48,379 nt of DNA. Source: Catajapyx aquilonaris. Lineage: Eukaryota. Position 1 is the stretch's first letter. Every line of letters starts with the position of its first letter. The stretch is taken from assembly GCA_000934665.2 (NCBI GenBank), contig JYFJ02002961.1, positions 1 to 48,379 on the forward strand, read 5' to 3'. The position numbers were made by a program, and so were the translations under genes. Below the pieces are notes generated by a model. It did not search any database. It saw only the letters and a list, made by a program, of their open reading frames with translations, and was not told the DNA's origin. Below, piece by piece: positions 12,764-24,371 of this stretch.

Positions 12764-13872
12764 ATGATGATGACCTCCTCTCGGTTATTCGTGAGGTCGG
12801 CGTATTCCTTGGGGATGAGGCCCGCAGCTGCAGCATCCAGCATCAGCAGGTGCCAGAGCAGCATGACGACGGGGAGGCTCAGCGGGAAGGTTGCGATCGT
12901 CACGGCATCCACGGACGGGTATGTGTCCTCCTAATGCAGTGTCATCAGCGCACTGAACATCATCATGAATTGCGCACGGGTAGGATTGGGTATGCGATTG
13001 CGGAGCGGTTGGCAAGCGACGGTGCGAAGGTGATGATCAGCAGCCGGAAGGAAAGCAACGTGGAGAAAGCGCTTAAGGAGCTCAGGTCAAAGGACCTGCC
13101 TGTGACCGGCATGGTTTGTAACGCTGGGAACGAGGAGCAGTGTCGGAAGCTGATCGAGGAGGTGCGTAACGCAGGGTGACATATTACCGGGTGTAATCGC
13201 ACCGCTTCAATTACAGACGGTGAAGCAGCACGGCCAACTGGACATACTGGTGTCAAACGCAGCTGCCAACCCGCATTTCGGCAACATGTTTGAGGTACGA
13301 TCCCGCATTCCTTGCGCCGTATGGAACTAATTGCAATGTAATTCCAGTGCAGTCCGGAAGCGTGGAGTAAAATATTTGATGTGAACGTAAAAGGAGCGTT
13401 CCTTCTGACCAAAGAAGCCATTCCTCACCTGGAGAAGAGCGGGAAAGGCTCAGTGGTCTACGTGGCATCCATTGCCGGCTACACTCCAATGCAGATGCTA
13501 GGCCCCTATTCGGTCTCAAAGACGGCCCTCATCGGACTGACTAAAGTGGCTGCCACTGAGCTGGGTCCGTACAAGATCAGGGTCAACTGCATTGCTCCCG
13601 GTGTGGTCAAAACTCGCTTCAGCAGCGCCGTGAGTTACAGAAATGATGACAAAGAATAATGGTTATTTTTTACCTGCATTGTGTGTTCACTCTCGCTGCA
13701 GATTGTCCAGTCCAAGGAGATGACGGAGAAGATCCTGGAGGGCGTCCCACTGGGACGGTTTGCGGTTCCTTCCGAGATGGCCGGGACAGTCTCTTTCCTG
13801 TGCTCAGACGACGCCTCTTACGTAACCGGCGAGACCATAGTCGTATCAGGAGGAATGCAGTCGCGGCTGTAG
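12764..13872 (+). CDS. DHRS4: Dehydrogenase/reductase SDR family member 4, copy A (N-terminal presequence plus PTS1)
   Basis: KVAIVTASTDGIG, LDILVSNAA, catalytic YSVSK, RVNCIAPG, C-terminal SRL; 5 coding exons with GT-AG introns; alternative in-frame ATG at 12863. Confidence 0.95.
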
Positions 13873-14262
13873 GGAAATCATGGAAGGACACATGGTGCAA
13901 TGAAACATACTCAACAAGTTATACACTTAATTTTTTTAAATGTAACTTTAGGGTGGAAAGTAATGTGGGAACAATAAACAAGCAATATCATTCGAAATTT
14001 CCTTTCGCATGTAAAATCAGTTCATGAAGGAAGTTAACCCATTTCCCTGTCACATTCTGGGAAGAGGAAGCTTTTCCAGTTGCTTTTTGTCTGCTTCTTG
14101 CACACGTTTACAGAGGTTTTAATGAGCAACATGTACAAGTTTTCCTCATTACTGTTTGGTTGCCTGCACAGCTGGTAGGTCATCCCTTTCATTGCGTCTT
14201 GTAGATATCGACGGATCTGACTGTGGGTAACAATCTCTTCCTAGTTTGCGAGGCTTTGCAGC

Positions 14263-15279
14263 ATGGGGAAGCTCAGTGGAAAGGTTGCCATTGTCACGGC
14301 ATCCACTCATGGGTACAAACACACTTGTCACATTGTTACTTGCAAATAGTCATGAACTGCATGCTTGCGATAGGATTGGATATGCGATTGCGGAGCGATT
14401 GGCAAGCGATGGTGCCAAAGTGATGATCAGCAGCCGGAAGGAAAGCAACGTGGAGAAAGCGCTTAAGGAGCTCAGGTCCAAGGACCTGCCTGTGACCGGC
14501 ATGGTTTGTAACGCTGGGAACGAGGAGCAGTGTCGGAAGCTGATCGAGGAGGTGCGTAACGCAGGGTGACATATTACCGGGTGTAATCGCACCGCTTCAA
14601 TTACAGACAGTGAAGCAGCACGGCCAACTGGACATACTGGTGTCAAACGCAGCTGTCAACCCTCATTTTGGTTACATGTTTGAGGTATGATCCCGCATTC
14701 CTTACACTGTATGGAACTAATTGCAACGTAATTTCAGTGCAGTCCGGAAGCGTGGAGTAAAATATTTGATGTGAATGTAAAAGGAGCGTTCCTTCTGACC
14801 AAAGCAGCCTTGCCGCACCTGAAGAAGAGCGAGAGTGGTTCGGTGGTCTATGTCGCTTCAGTTGGTGCCTACTGTCCGCATCCAAAATTCGGCCCCTATT
14901 TAGTCTCAAAGATAGCGCTCATCGGACTAACTAGAGCGGCGGCGACTGAGCTGGCCCCTTACAAGATCAGGGTCAACTGCATTGCTCCCGGTGTGGTCAA
15001 AACACACTTCGGCAGCGTCGTGAGTCCATTGCTTTGGAAATGAGGGACAAAGAATAATGATTGTTTTACCGGCATCATGTGGTGCTTCCAACTTGTTCCT
15101 CCTTGCAGCTTGTCCAGTCCAAGGAGCTGTCGGACAAGCTCCTGGAAGGCGTCCCACTGGGACGGTTTGCTGTTCCTTCCGAGATGGCCGGGACAGTCTC
15201 CTTCCTGTGCTCTGAAGACGCCTCTTACATAACCGGCGAGACTATAGTCGTATCCGGAGGAATGCAGTCGCGGCTGTAG
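14263..15279 (+). CDS. DHRS4: Dehydrogenase/reductase SDR family member 4, copy B (tandem paralog)
   Basis: MGKLSGKVAIVTASTHGIG, YLVSK, RVNCIAPG, C-terminal SRL; same intron positions as copy A; in-frame TAG 21 nt upstream of the ATG. Confidence 0.94.
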
Positions 15280-15608
15280 GGAAATCATGGAAGGACACAT
15301 GGGGTGGAATGAAAAACATTGTGACTTATACATGAAACAAAAAAGAAAAATGTAATCGTTGGGCGGCAGGGAATCTGGGAACAATAAACAAGCAAAAACA
15401 TCCTGTTGCAGTTCGTGAAATGGCCGCACTTTCCAAGGATTCTTGCGCAAATTGCTAATAAGTGAACCTTTTTGCACAAGACAAGATTTTCCTGTTTTCA
15501 GGCTCCTGAGCAGCGATTAACATTTTATAAACCCATTCCACTGGCTTTTGCATTAATCGATGTCCGCACATGCCATTAACAGTATAAATTACTAAACTTA
15601 TAACAACT

Positions 15609-16829
15609 TCATCCCACCATAAGTCTCTTTCTACCCCGCGCCTGAACCTCCGCCAATTTAGCCTGGACCTCGCTCTTGTGCTTCCCGCTCAGCTGCTTCC
15701 CGTACCCCTGCAAAATGGCCTGAAACACATGCTCGCTTCCGGGATGCGTGCTCAACAACGCACGCTCCAACACGTACAGATCCACGGCCAAGTCCTCCGC
15801 ACTGGCTTCACTCCGGCTCAGTCCAAAGTCAATCAGCGCCACTTCCGTCGGGTCACCCGACTGCAGTATCATCACATTTGAGGTCGTCGGGTCACCATGA
15901 GCCAAGCTGGCGCCATGCATTCGGCCAATGGCTTCTCCAACAGCTTTCGACACTTCCAACTCGGCAGCCGGTTGCGGAGACGACATCAGGAAGTCACGGT
16001 AGGTCGTCCACGATGCAAGGTGCTCCATGTACATACAACCGGTAGTCATATCCACGAAATAGATGGCCGGAGTGCGAATACCTGGAAGTACTTATTGTCA
16101 TTGAATAGTCTCATTGTACCTCAAGTACTTTGTCAGTACCTTGTACATGCCTAGCGTACCTAGGAAGTACCTACAGTACCTTGTACATGCCTACAGTACC
16201 TAGGAAGTACCTACAGTACCTTGTACATGCCTACAGTACCTAGGAAGTACCTACAGTACATAGTACGTACCTAGCATACCTAGTACATGCTGAGAGTACG
16301 TAGGTAGTACCTAGTACATGCCGAGAGTACGTAGGTAGTACCTAGTACATGCCGAGAGTACGTAGGAAGTACCTAGTACATGCCGAGAGTACGCAGGAAG
16401 TACCTAGTACATGCTGAGAGTACCTAGGAAGTACCTAGTACATGCCGAGAGTACCTAGGAAGTACCTAGTACATGCCGAGAGTACCTAGGAAGTACCTCC
16501 AGTACTTATAGTATGTTCCTAGAGTACCCCTACAGTACTTGGTATGTTCCTAGAGTACCTCGTCTACAGTACTTAGTACGTTCCTAGAGTACCTCCAATT
16601 GTTCAGTAAGTACCTAGAGTAAGTACCTATAGTTACCTAGAGCCTTGCACTTTGTGATCATGCGTGCTTCGGCCTTGATCCTCTGTGTGGTTATTTGTTT
16701 GTCCAGCTCCGGCAGCCGGTACTTCTTCTGGAAGCGCTCCTTCAGCACGGTGGGCCTGCCCAGGTACGTCCCGACGTACAGCCTGGCCTCCGCGCCTTGA
16801 TGGACCTTCTCAAACCCAGGGAATTCCAT
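15609..16829 (-). CDS. TP53RK: EKC/KEOPS complex kinase PRPK/Bud32 (221 aa, 2 exons)
   Basis: QGAEARLY, KERFQKKYRLPELD, HGDPTTSN, LIDFGL, DLAVDLYVLERA, C-terminal RGRKRLMVG; exons 16829-16637 and 16081-15609 total 666 nt. Confidence 0.96.
16117..16630. repeat. GTAC-rich compound minisatellite filling the TP53RK intron
   Basis: 40-bp units (tacctaggaagtacctacagtaccttgtacatgcctacag) followed by 31-bp units (tacgtaggtagtacctagtacatgccgagag). Confidence 0.95.
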
Positions 16830-17034
16830 TTTGGTGTGTCTGTCTGTCTGTTTGTCCGGCCGGCCTGTTCCAAATCCGACGATTCCCAATAGTGAAACAG
16901 GTTTCGATACTACACTGCAGATGTTACTACTGACTGAGGTCGATAGTATCAAAACTGTAAAATGACGAGAAAAGCCTGAATTGCAAAAACAACTTGGCAA
17001 AAAAAAAGAAGAAGAAGTTGAAGAGGCTGCAGAA

Positions 17035-18279
17035 ATGGCGGCCAGCAGCAAAGGAAATGGTCTGCTGCTCTACCACTACTACCACAGCTTCTACTCGCAG
17101 AAGGTAAGCGACACGCACCTGGGCAGCATCCGAGTGAAGATCAAACCTTCCACAGGTGATCATGGCTCTCCACGAGAAGAAGCTGGGCTTCACCACCCAG
17201 CACGTGGACCTGGACAAGCAGGAGAACTTCCAGGAGGTGTTCCTCAAAGTCAACCCGCAGGCGGACGTCCCCGTGCTGCAGGACGGGATCAAGGTCATAC
17301 CGGAGTCGCAGAGGATCCTGGATTACCTCGAGGACAACTTCAGTAATGGTACTTATTGCACCCTTATTAGTACGCTCCTTTAGGCTTGGGTACATGGGCG
17401 GTACTTACAGGCGGTACTCCCCGGTTAATCCCGCTGGATCAGGGACCAACGGTGCGGCAGACGGTGCTGAACTTCCGGTACATGCTGGACTCGCATCAGA
17501 TGGACGTGCTGGCCATGGGCTGCCTGCTGTATCCGGACGTCGCTGGAGAACCATCGGCGCCATTCACATCGCCAGTAGTCGCCAACCGGCTTAAGGGTAG
17601 GCTGTCAAATCGCAATACGTACTGTACTTTAGCACTTACCGTTTAATTTCCGGAGAAAAGATGATGCGCGGGGTCTGCCGCAGCATCTTCGGGAGGTTGC
17701 GAGACGTAGCCCCGAGTTCCGTTCGCCCCTGCTGCACCGCTCCCGGGAGGAAGAGTCTCGCCTGGAAGCCATCAGTTCCAAGCAGCAGTTCAAGCAGAGG
17801 CTGGACAAGCTGGCAGCCACTCTCAGCACCCTGGAAGAATACCTGACGTCCAGGAGGGAAGGTAAAATCAAAAATAAAAGTTGGCAACAGTTTTAATCAC
17901 CCGCACTGATCAACACAAAAAATTTTCCGCAGGCGATTCCGACTGGTGGTTATGCTGCCGTCAGTTCACCGTAGCGGACGTTAGCCTTTCGCTGGTTCTT
18001 CACTGGGTGTCCTGCTTGGGCCTCTCGCACTGGCTGCGGGACAGGCCCAGGCTAGCCGGGTACCTCAGGCGTGTCCGGCAGCGTCCGTCCTTCCAGAAAG
18101 CCACTTGCGCTCCCGCACTCGAACCTGCGTTTGGCCTCCAGTGGTGGTGGCGGTGCAGGTGGTTACGTCCGTCCCAACCTAGTTCGTCCGGAGGCTGTCC
18201 CTGCACGCGGATCCTGGTCGGAGCCACCACGCTTCTTCTACTTGGTCTCGTCTTGTATGTACGGAGATGGCGGAAGTGA
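17035..18279 (+). CDS. GDAP1: Ganglioside-induced differentiation-associated protein 1 (GST-fold, tail-anchored)
   Basis: LLLYHYYHSFYSQKV, VNPQADVPVL, ESQRILDYLE, WLCCRQFTVADVSL, RVRQRPSFQK, C-terminal TM ILVGATTLLLLGLVLYV followed by basic RRWRK; one acceptor (~17660) is uncertain. Confidence 0.92.
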
Positions 18280-20058
18280 GCCGGAGTATTGCTCTTTGTA
18301 TTTTTTTAAAGTGGATATCCGACCGGTTTTAATTGTTATAATAAATGTGGGTTCATGTAAGGCAACTTCCGCCACCCATGTCGGTGTATTTTCTTTACCA
18401 CAACCTCGTTACAGCGTTTCCACATACAGCAGGAGCCTTAATGAACTTCGGTACAAAAAAAAAAAACATTTACACCAACTACATCGAGTGAAAAACAATT
18501 TCATGTGACGCACCTGTTCTTCCACGTGAAATACAGTTATTTGAAGTCGACACTTTGATTTCGGATCACATGTGCTGACTTCTACGTCTTTACAATGCGC
18601 AAGGAAGAGTACATAAATCGTTTGTTACTCGCACAGGACAAGAGCGATCAGTTTTTTACTGTGAAAACAATACTAATGAGGAGAAAGATCGCTTCTCCAA
18701 CAATAAGCTGTCCTATTTACACAGCGGTTGAGGTATCCACAGTCATTTAATTATCCGTTTTAAGGCATGTAAAATTTTCTTTTGAGATATGCAGTTTTGT
18801 TTAGATATTCATGGTTATTGTTTCAGGCAAGATGGAAATCACTCGACGAAAATGAGCTGGTTGCGTCCCTATCGAAACAATGGTCCAGAATGACGAGGTG
18901 AAACACGTTACTTAATACTGTTGACAAACGTGATGTTCCAATTCGGAAAAATTAAGTGACAATGGCGCAACCAGCCCTACGCGTACACTTGTGTTAACAA
19001 GCTTCTTCCGCAAGTGTACGCGAGATTCCTGGAATGATTTCTTCCAATAGGGAATAATCACTCGATGAATATTACTGTTCTCAATAATTCTTCTTAACAA
19101 GCGCTTAATTCTCCGAGTGACTTTCCCCTTTGGTCGTAGGTCATACAAGTATACACAACAAATCATTGTTTTTACCAGAATAGTGGACGTACAGGTAAAA
19201 TTGGCGTACCCAAGCACCATGAATGCAAGTATTGCACATAACTTCATTTCACATTCTTAAATAAATGACCTTCACATATTATTGAGTATTTCAAGCAACA
19301 TCATTTTGGTCCACTGAATTTGCGAGAATGAGTCGGTATTGCTTGTTCGTGAGACATACGGTACCTCTCATATAATTTGACGACACTGCACATTCTTGCA
19401 AATTACTTACAATGCTAGCATTTAAAGGCCGTGGTGTCATTTTCACTGGGCTGGTGCATATTGGTAATAAAATTTATGATTCATATATCAATTTGGCATG
19501 CTTTAAACCTACACCATCATTCTACTGAAGTGCCAACGAGTATTGCAGTCACGACTCGTGCAATCAAGTGACGGCTAATTTGAACTGTTCAACATTCGCA
19601 TGCTACAAAACGTCGCCTGTGGAAGATAAGCTGCGGTTTATTATTAATACTTTTTCACCGATTTCTATTATAGCTCCATGTTCAATCAATTTATCATGCT
19701 GTTTGCCAGGTATCGTCCTGTAGCAAGTGAGATGTACTGCATCTGAGGTCTGCATGAACAAAAAGCCACACCGGGTGCAATTGTAGAAAAACATGGTGCC
19801 CTTGTAAACCGGACTGAAAAAAAGGCACGAGTTAAAGGCGACCCATGCAAAAATTCCCCCATCGCCCTACAACTAACTGTGCATATGTACACGTGTGTCG
19901 TAACCACCACCCCAACACCATTATAAAAATCAGTCATAAATATTTTTAAAAAAACAGACAACAGAAACACCAACGTAGAAATTCCAAAAAAAAAAAGCAC
20001 CACAGGTCCCTAAATAGCAAAACTACTTAACAAAACATTGTAGGAGTCGCTCCCCAAC

Positions 20059-21969
20059 TTAAGCTTCGAGAAGTGAAGCGAGGGCGGCTCTCTTCGAGAG
20101 GCTGCTCTGAGTCGCAGTCTCTCTCTCCTCGTTACTGACATTGTCTCTTTCCTCTGGATTGTTGGATTGCCGGAACAATGGGGATCGTCCAAACTGAGCA
20201 CTGCCTCTCGACCGAGTGAGGGATCCTTCCCTGCGTCTGGAGATGGGTACATTTTCTCTCGTCTGGAAAAAAGAAAGCATTATTATGCAAACCAGCCATT
20301 CTCCGGATTAAGGCCATTTCACAAAAAAAATGTCGCGCGGCAAACGGCGCGACTTGCGGCAAATTTTTATTTATATTTATTGTTGCCAACTGTTGGCAAC
20401 AATAAATATAATAAATAAAAATTTGCCGCAAGTCGCGCCGTTTGCCGCGCAACATTTTTTTTGTGAAATGGCCTAACAGTGGCAATGCAACAATCATTGT
20501 TTCGTACGAGTATTTGGGGAGAACATGAATTGCAAAAAAAAAATGTAAAAGGGAAACACGGAGGTAGCAAAATAGAGTTTTTATTCCGACACAACATTAT
20601 TATAAAACTAGGCCTACCAATCATTCACTGGTTCATCACAACCATGAATATTTCGAGTGGATTGCCACAGCACTTCCCTTCAGCCAGGGTCGTGACTACT
20701 CTACTGTCGTGAATCCTTAAAACCTGAAAAGGCATGCAAAGCAGGCATAACCCACGCTCTCTCTCTCTCTCTCGCTCACTCCCTTCCGACCTGTTTGGAC
20801 TCCATATACTTGAAGGCTCCTTCTCCGGGCATCCCGGGAGAGAAAGGCGTCCTGTACCACACGTGGTAGGTGATGCCCCACGCTGCCACTGCCACGAGGC
20901 TGCTGGGGATCTTCTCCGCAGCACTGTGGAAGTACAGCACCGTCATCAGAAGCATCCAGTCCCACAGCACCACCAGGAAGGTCATCCAGAGAAAGACCAG
21001 CTTAACATATGGGGTGTGCTGCTCGTACAGCCGCTGCAGGCCCTCAAACTGCTCTCCGCTAAGGATGCTCAAGCCCGTCGTCGAGTAGTCTTCATCGGTG
21101 TCACCTCCGCCGTACCTACAATTGAAATCGAGTTGATTTCCAGATTGATATCGGACAATGGGAGTTTTACCGGCGATGATCCTCTATTCGTATGGAGTCT
21201 CGCAGGCTCTCCCACCCCATTATGGCCCTGGCTTCCTCGATTAGGAAGAGGCTACTGTACATGAGAATAAACACATGTCCAGATATATCCAGCGAGCGCC
21301 ACTGCATTCCTCGAGCGAGGCAGGCTTCCCGCGACAGGGTCGGGGCGCCCACGCACTTCTTAGTGAGCGTCTCCATCCACGAGAACGAATTGGTGCAGAC
21401 ATACCAAGCGACGGTGCCCACCAGTAGGCGCACACAGTGGCGGTACACCCGCTTGGCTTCCCCGCAGCAGTACACCGTGCTCGTCAGCAGCAGAAAACTA
21501 CCTGCGCGCAATGGAATTAAAATTGTGGTCGACATATCGCAATCCGTAATGATGTACCTGCTGTTGCAAGCGTCCAACCCCAGCCGAGCTTGACGAAGTA
21601 CTGGTTGAGCATGTTTGAGCTGCGGGCAAAGTATGACTTGGGAAGGGGCTGGAAGTCCGTGATGATGGAGCCGACGAAGACGACCGCGATGTAGGCAGAG
21701 ACCTTGTGCAAGGGACGGACGAAGAGGAGCTTCTTGCAGAGGAAGAGGACGGTCATGAAGAGGATGTCCCACACCGAGGAAGGGTCGGGCAAGGGGCGTT
21801 TCGGCCCTGATGCTGGCCCCGAGGCGGAACCCGAGGCGGAGGATCGGTTGGGCATGTTGTCCCTGTCCGTCGAGGGGGCCGGAGGGCGGAAGTTGAGCCC
21901 CCGGGAGGGCGGCCCCGGGGCGGAACCACGCTTATTACTTGCACTATTCGTCTGCTTCTTGGGCGCCAT
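20059..21969 (-). CDS. FITM2: Fat storage-inducing transmembrane protein / acyl-CoA diphosphatase
   Basis: LNQYFVKLGWGWT, DISGHVFIL, TVLYFH motifs; last exon 20262-20059 inferred from phase-0 donor CAG|gtcgga (20791) and acceptor ttttttccag; alternative ends at 20776 or 20625 are possible. Confidence 0.92.
20312..20473. mobile_element. Fold-back MITE, PIF/Harbinger (Tourist)-like, in the last FITM intron
   Basis: Near-perfect 162-bp palindrome GGCCATTTCAC...GTGAAATGGCC flanked on both sides by TAA (20309-11, 20474-76). Confidence 0.85.
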
Positions 21970-22195
21970 GTTGGATTTCGAACGCGATTCGAACGTGATT
22001 CGAACGTGTGGAGGGGGAAGGAGGAGGAGGGGGGAGGGAGGAAGAGGGAGGAGGGGGGAGGAGGGAGCGGGGAGGGGGAGCGGGCGGGGAATTCAAATAT
22101 TTAAAAAAAATAGAAAAAAAGAAGGCTGAAGAATTGAGCACCACTATTTATTTACCAATATTTTTGTGAGTACCGGTACGCTTACAATTAGGCAA

Positions 22196-23624
22196 TTAGT
22201 CTTGCGGGTAGACAACGCCGACCTGCTTCCTGATTGATTCCATTATCTGAGCGTGCACGAGTGTGTCGTTCAGCGTCATTTGCGGTGACTCCAGAAGGCC
22301 TGCCCGAACAATAATTATTAATGGTGCGACGGCTTACATTGTTGCGGTCTCTCACCTTTTTGTATGCAGCGGCGTACTTCGTCGGCTTCGTATCGCAACC
22401 CGACGCTGTTTGCGAACTCAAACCGCTTCGTTGTCTTCGGCAGGAGGAACGTTAGGGTCTTCTCTGGGGTTGTCAGCTGGGTTGGAGCCCACATTGGGTA
22501 GCCAATCTGGTGGTGAAAGGCATGTCAGAATTGTCCTGGAGTCATGTCCTTGCACCGGAGTTAGAAGAAAAATCAGAGAATTGAAGGAAAAATGGTGGTA
22601 TTCCACCCCCCATATAAGGGCATATGGCCCTAGCACGGGGTAACTTAAAAATAAAATAAATAAATAAGAATTGTTCGGAGCTCATCAAATGTAGTTGCAC
22701 CTTCAGAGTCCCTTTGGTGCCAACGACTATTCCTTCGCAAGGCAGGGCGACCCTGGTGTGAGTGTTGATAGTTGCCATCCGACCCTTGCTGTACACTAGA
22801 GTTGCGCTTATGGACTCATCCACTCCGTTCTCGTTGAGGTGTCCGGCTGACAATATCTTGATTGGCTTTTCCCCCTTGAAAACCAGGCTGGCGAATTGGA
22901 CGCAGTAGACGCCAATGTCCAGGGTGCTGCCTCCGCCTAGTTCTTTCATCCTGGATTATTTTAAAAGATAGTTAGCCTACAATACAAGTCGACATCCTCA
23001 AGTCGACTCACTTCAACCGCTCCACGTCAGATATTTTTTGACCAAACGACACCATAACTTGGTAAACTTCCCCGATGCTTCCCGAGTCCAGCTCCTTTCT
23101 GAGCTCTTCGTACACTGGGAAAAAGCGGCTCCACACAGCCTATAGAGTAGACGTGTATCATAAGCAACATTTGTTAGCGCTCATCAAAATAGTATTGTTC
23201 ACACCTCCATGAGGAAGACCTTCTTTTGCTTAGCAAGACTGATCAGCTCCTCGGTTTCTTTCACGTTGATTCCAAGAGGCTTCTCACACAGAACATGCTT
23301 CCCATTGTTGATGGCTAGCTTGGCGAGAGGCAAATGCTGCGTGTTGACGGATCCAATGTAAACCACATCTGCGTGGAGCGGAATGACATTAATTATTCTC
23401 GTGATGAACACCGTGCACTTACCGACTTCAGGCAGCTTGATCACGGATTCGTAATCTCCGAAAGCGTTCGGAATGGAATGGTCCCTCGCGAATTTCTCTG
23501 CAGCTTCCAACTTCCTGGCTGCCACGGCCACAACCTGATGCTCCTCAGCAGGTAGAGTCGTCAGTGCGTTGACAAAGTCGTTGCAAATTCGCCCAGCGCT
23601 GAGGATCCCCCATTTCGTGGCCAT
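22196..23624 (-). CDS. DHDH: Trans-1,2-dihydrobenzene-1,2-diol dehydrogenase (Gfo/Idh/MocA family), copy A
   Basis: MATKWGILSAGRI, KHVLCEKPL, AVWSRFFP, GGGSTLDIGVY, YPMWAPT, NSVGLRYEA, ending RKQVGVVYPQD*. Confidence 0.94.
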
Positions 23625-23879
23625 TTATTGTTAATCCCTGTGCTAAACGTCAAGAACTGTCAGTACCACACGAGCCGTTTCCACAGAGACTCAAGGTGAT
23701 ATGAATTATGTCACATCCTATCCTCTTTTGAATGAATGGCCTTAGCCTCATTATTCAGTCATTAATATATTATTCATGCAGCATATTGCGACAAGTCAAC
23801 CGCATTTTGCAGGTGATTGTGACTGATTATAGTCTTTATCGTCATCCCTTTTTTTCCTTAGCAAATAGTCAATACTTCC

Positions 23880-23979
23880 CGTTGTAGGTACGTACGCACT
23901 ACTAGTTTAGATAATTTCAGAACAAATGTACATTTGTTCTGCAATTATCTAAACTGGTAGTGCGTACGTACCTACAACG
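23880..23979. repeat. 100-bp loopless palindrome between the DHDH paralogs
   Basis: Centre tgt|aca at 23929/23930; 50-bp arms with 2 mismatches. Confidence 0.95.
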
Positions 23980-24371
23980 AGTGCTGTGAGACAATAGGTA
24001 GCCTCTCTTCAAAGTGTGTGAATGTTACGTTCTAGCCTCTCACTTTTTTTTGTCTTATCATCAAAAGCCGCTTACTACTACCTGATCATGCAGTGAGGAA
24101 GTGAACTCTTTGGCACGTTGCCACACATTACAAGTGTTTAATTGCTGCCATCTGAAGGCTACGGCCTAGACTACTTTTAAACATTAGAAGAAAAAATTCA
24201 AAACGATGGTGAGCGAGTTGCGACATAATTCCTTCAAATCTCGATCCATGTAAATTGTACGTAACATGCAAATTGCACAATTTTCTTGCACCATCATTAT
24301 TTATTGAATACAAAGTACGTATTGCAAATGCGAGAAACAATATCTCGTGTGCGACCTGAAGTTTACAGGCA

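Noticed and set aside
21976..22008. Heat-shock element in repeated TTCGAA
   Set aside because: Spacing does not fit nGAAnnTTCn
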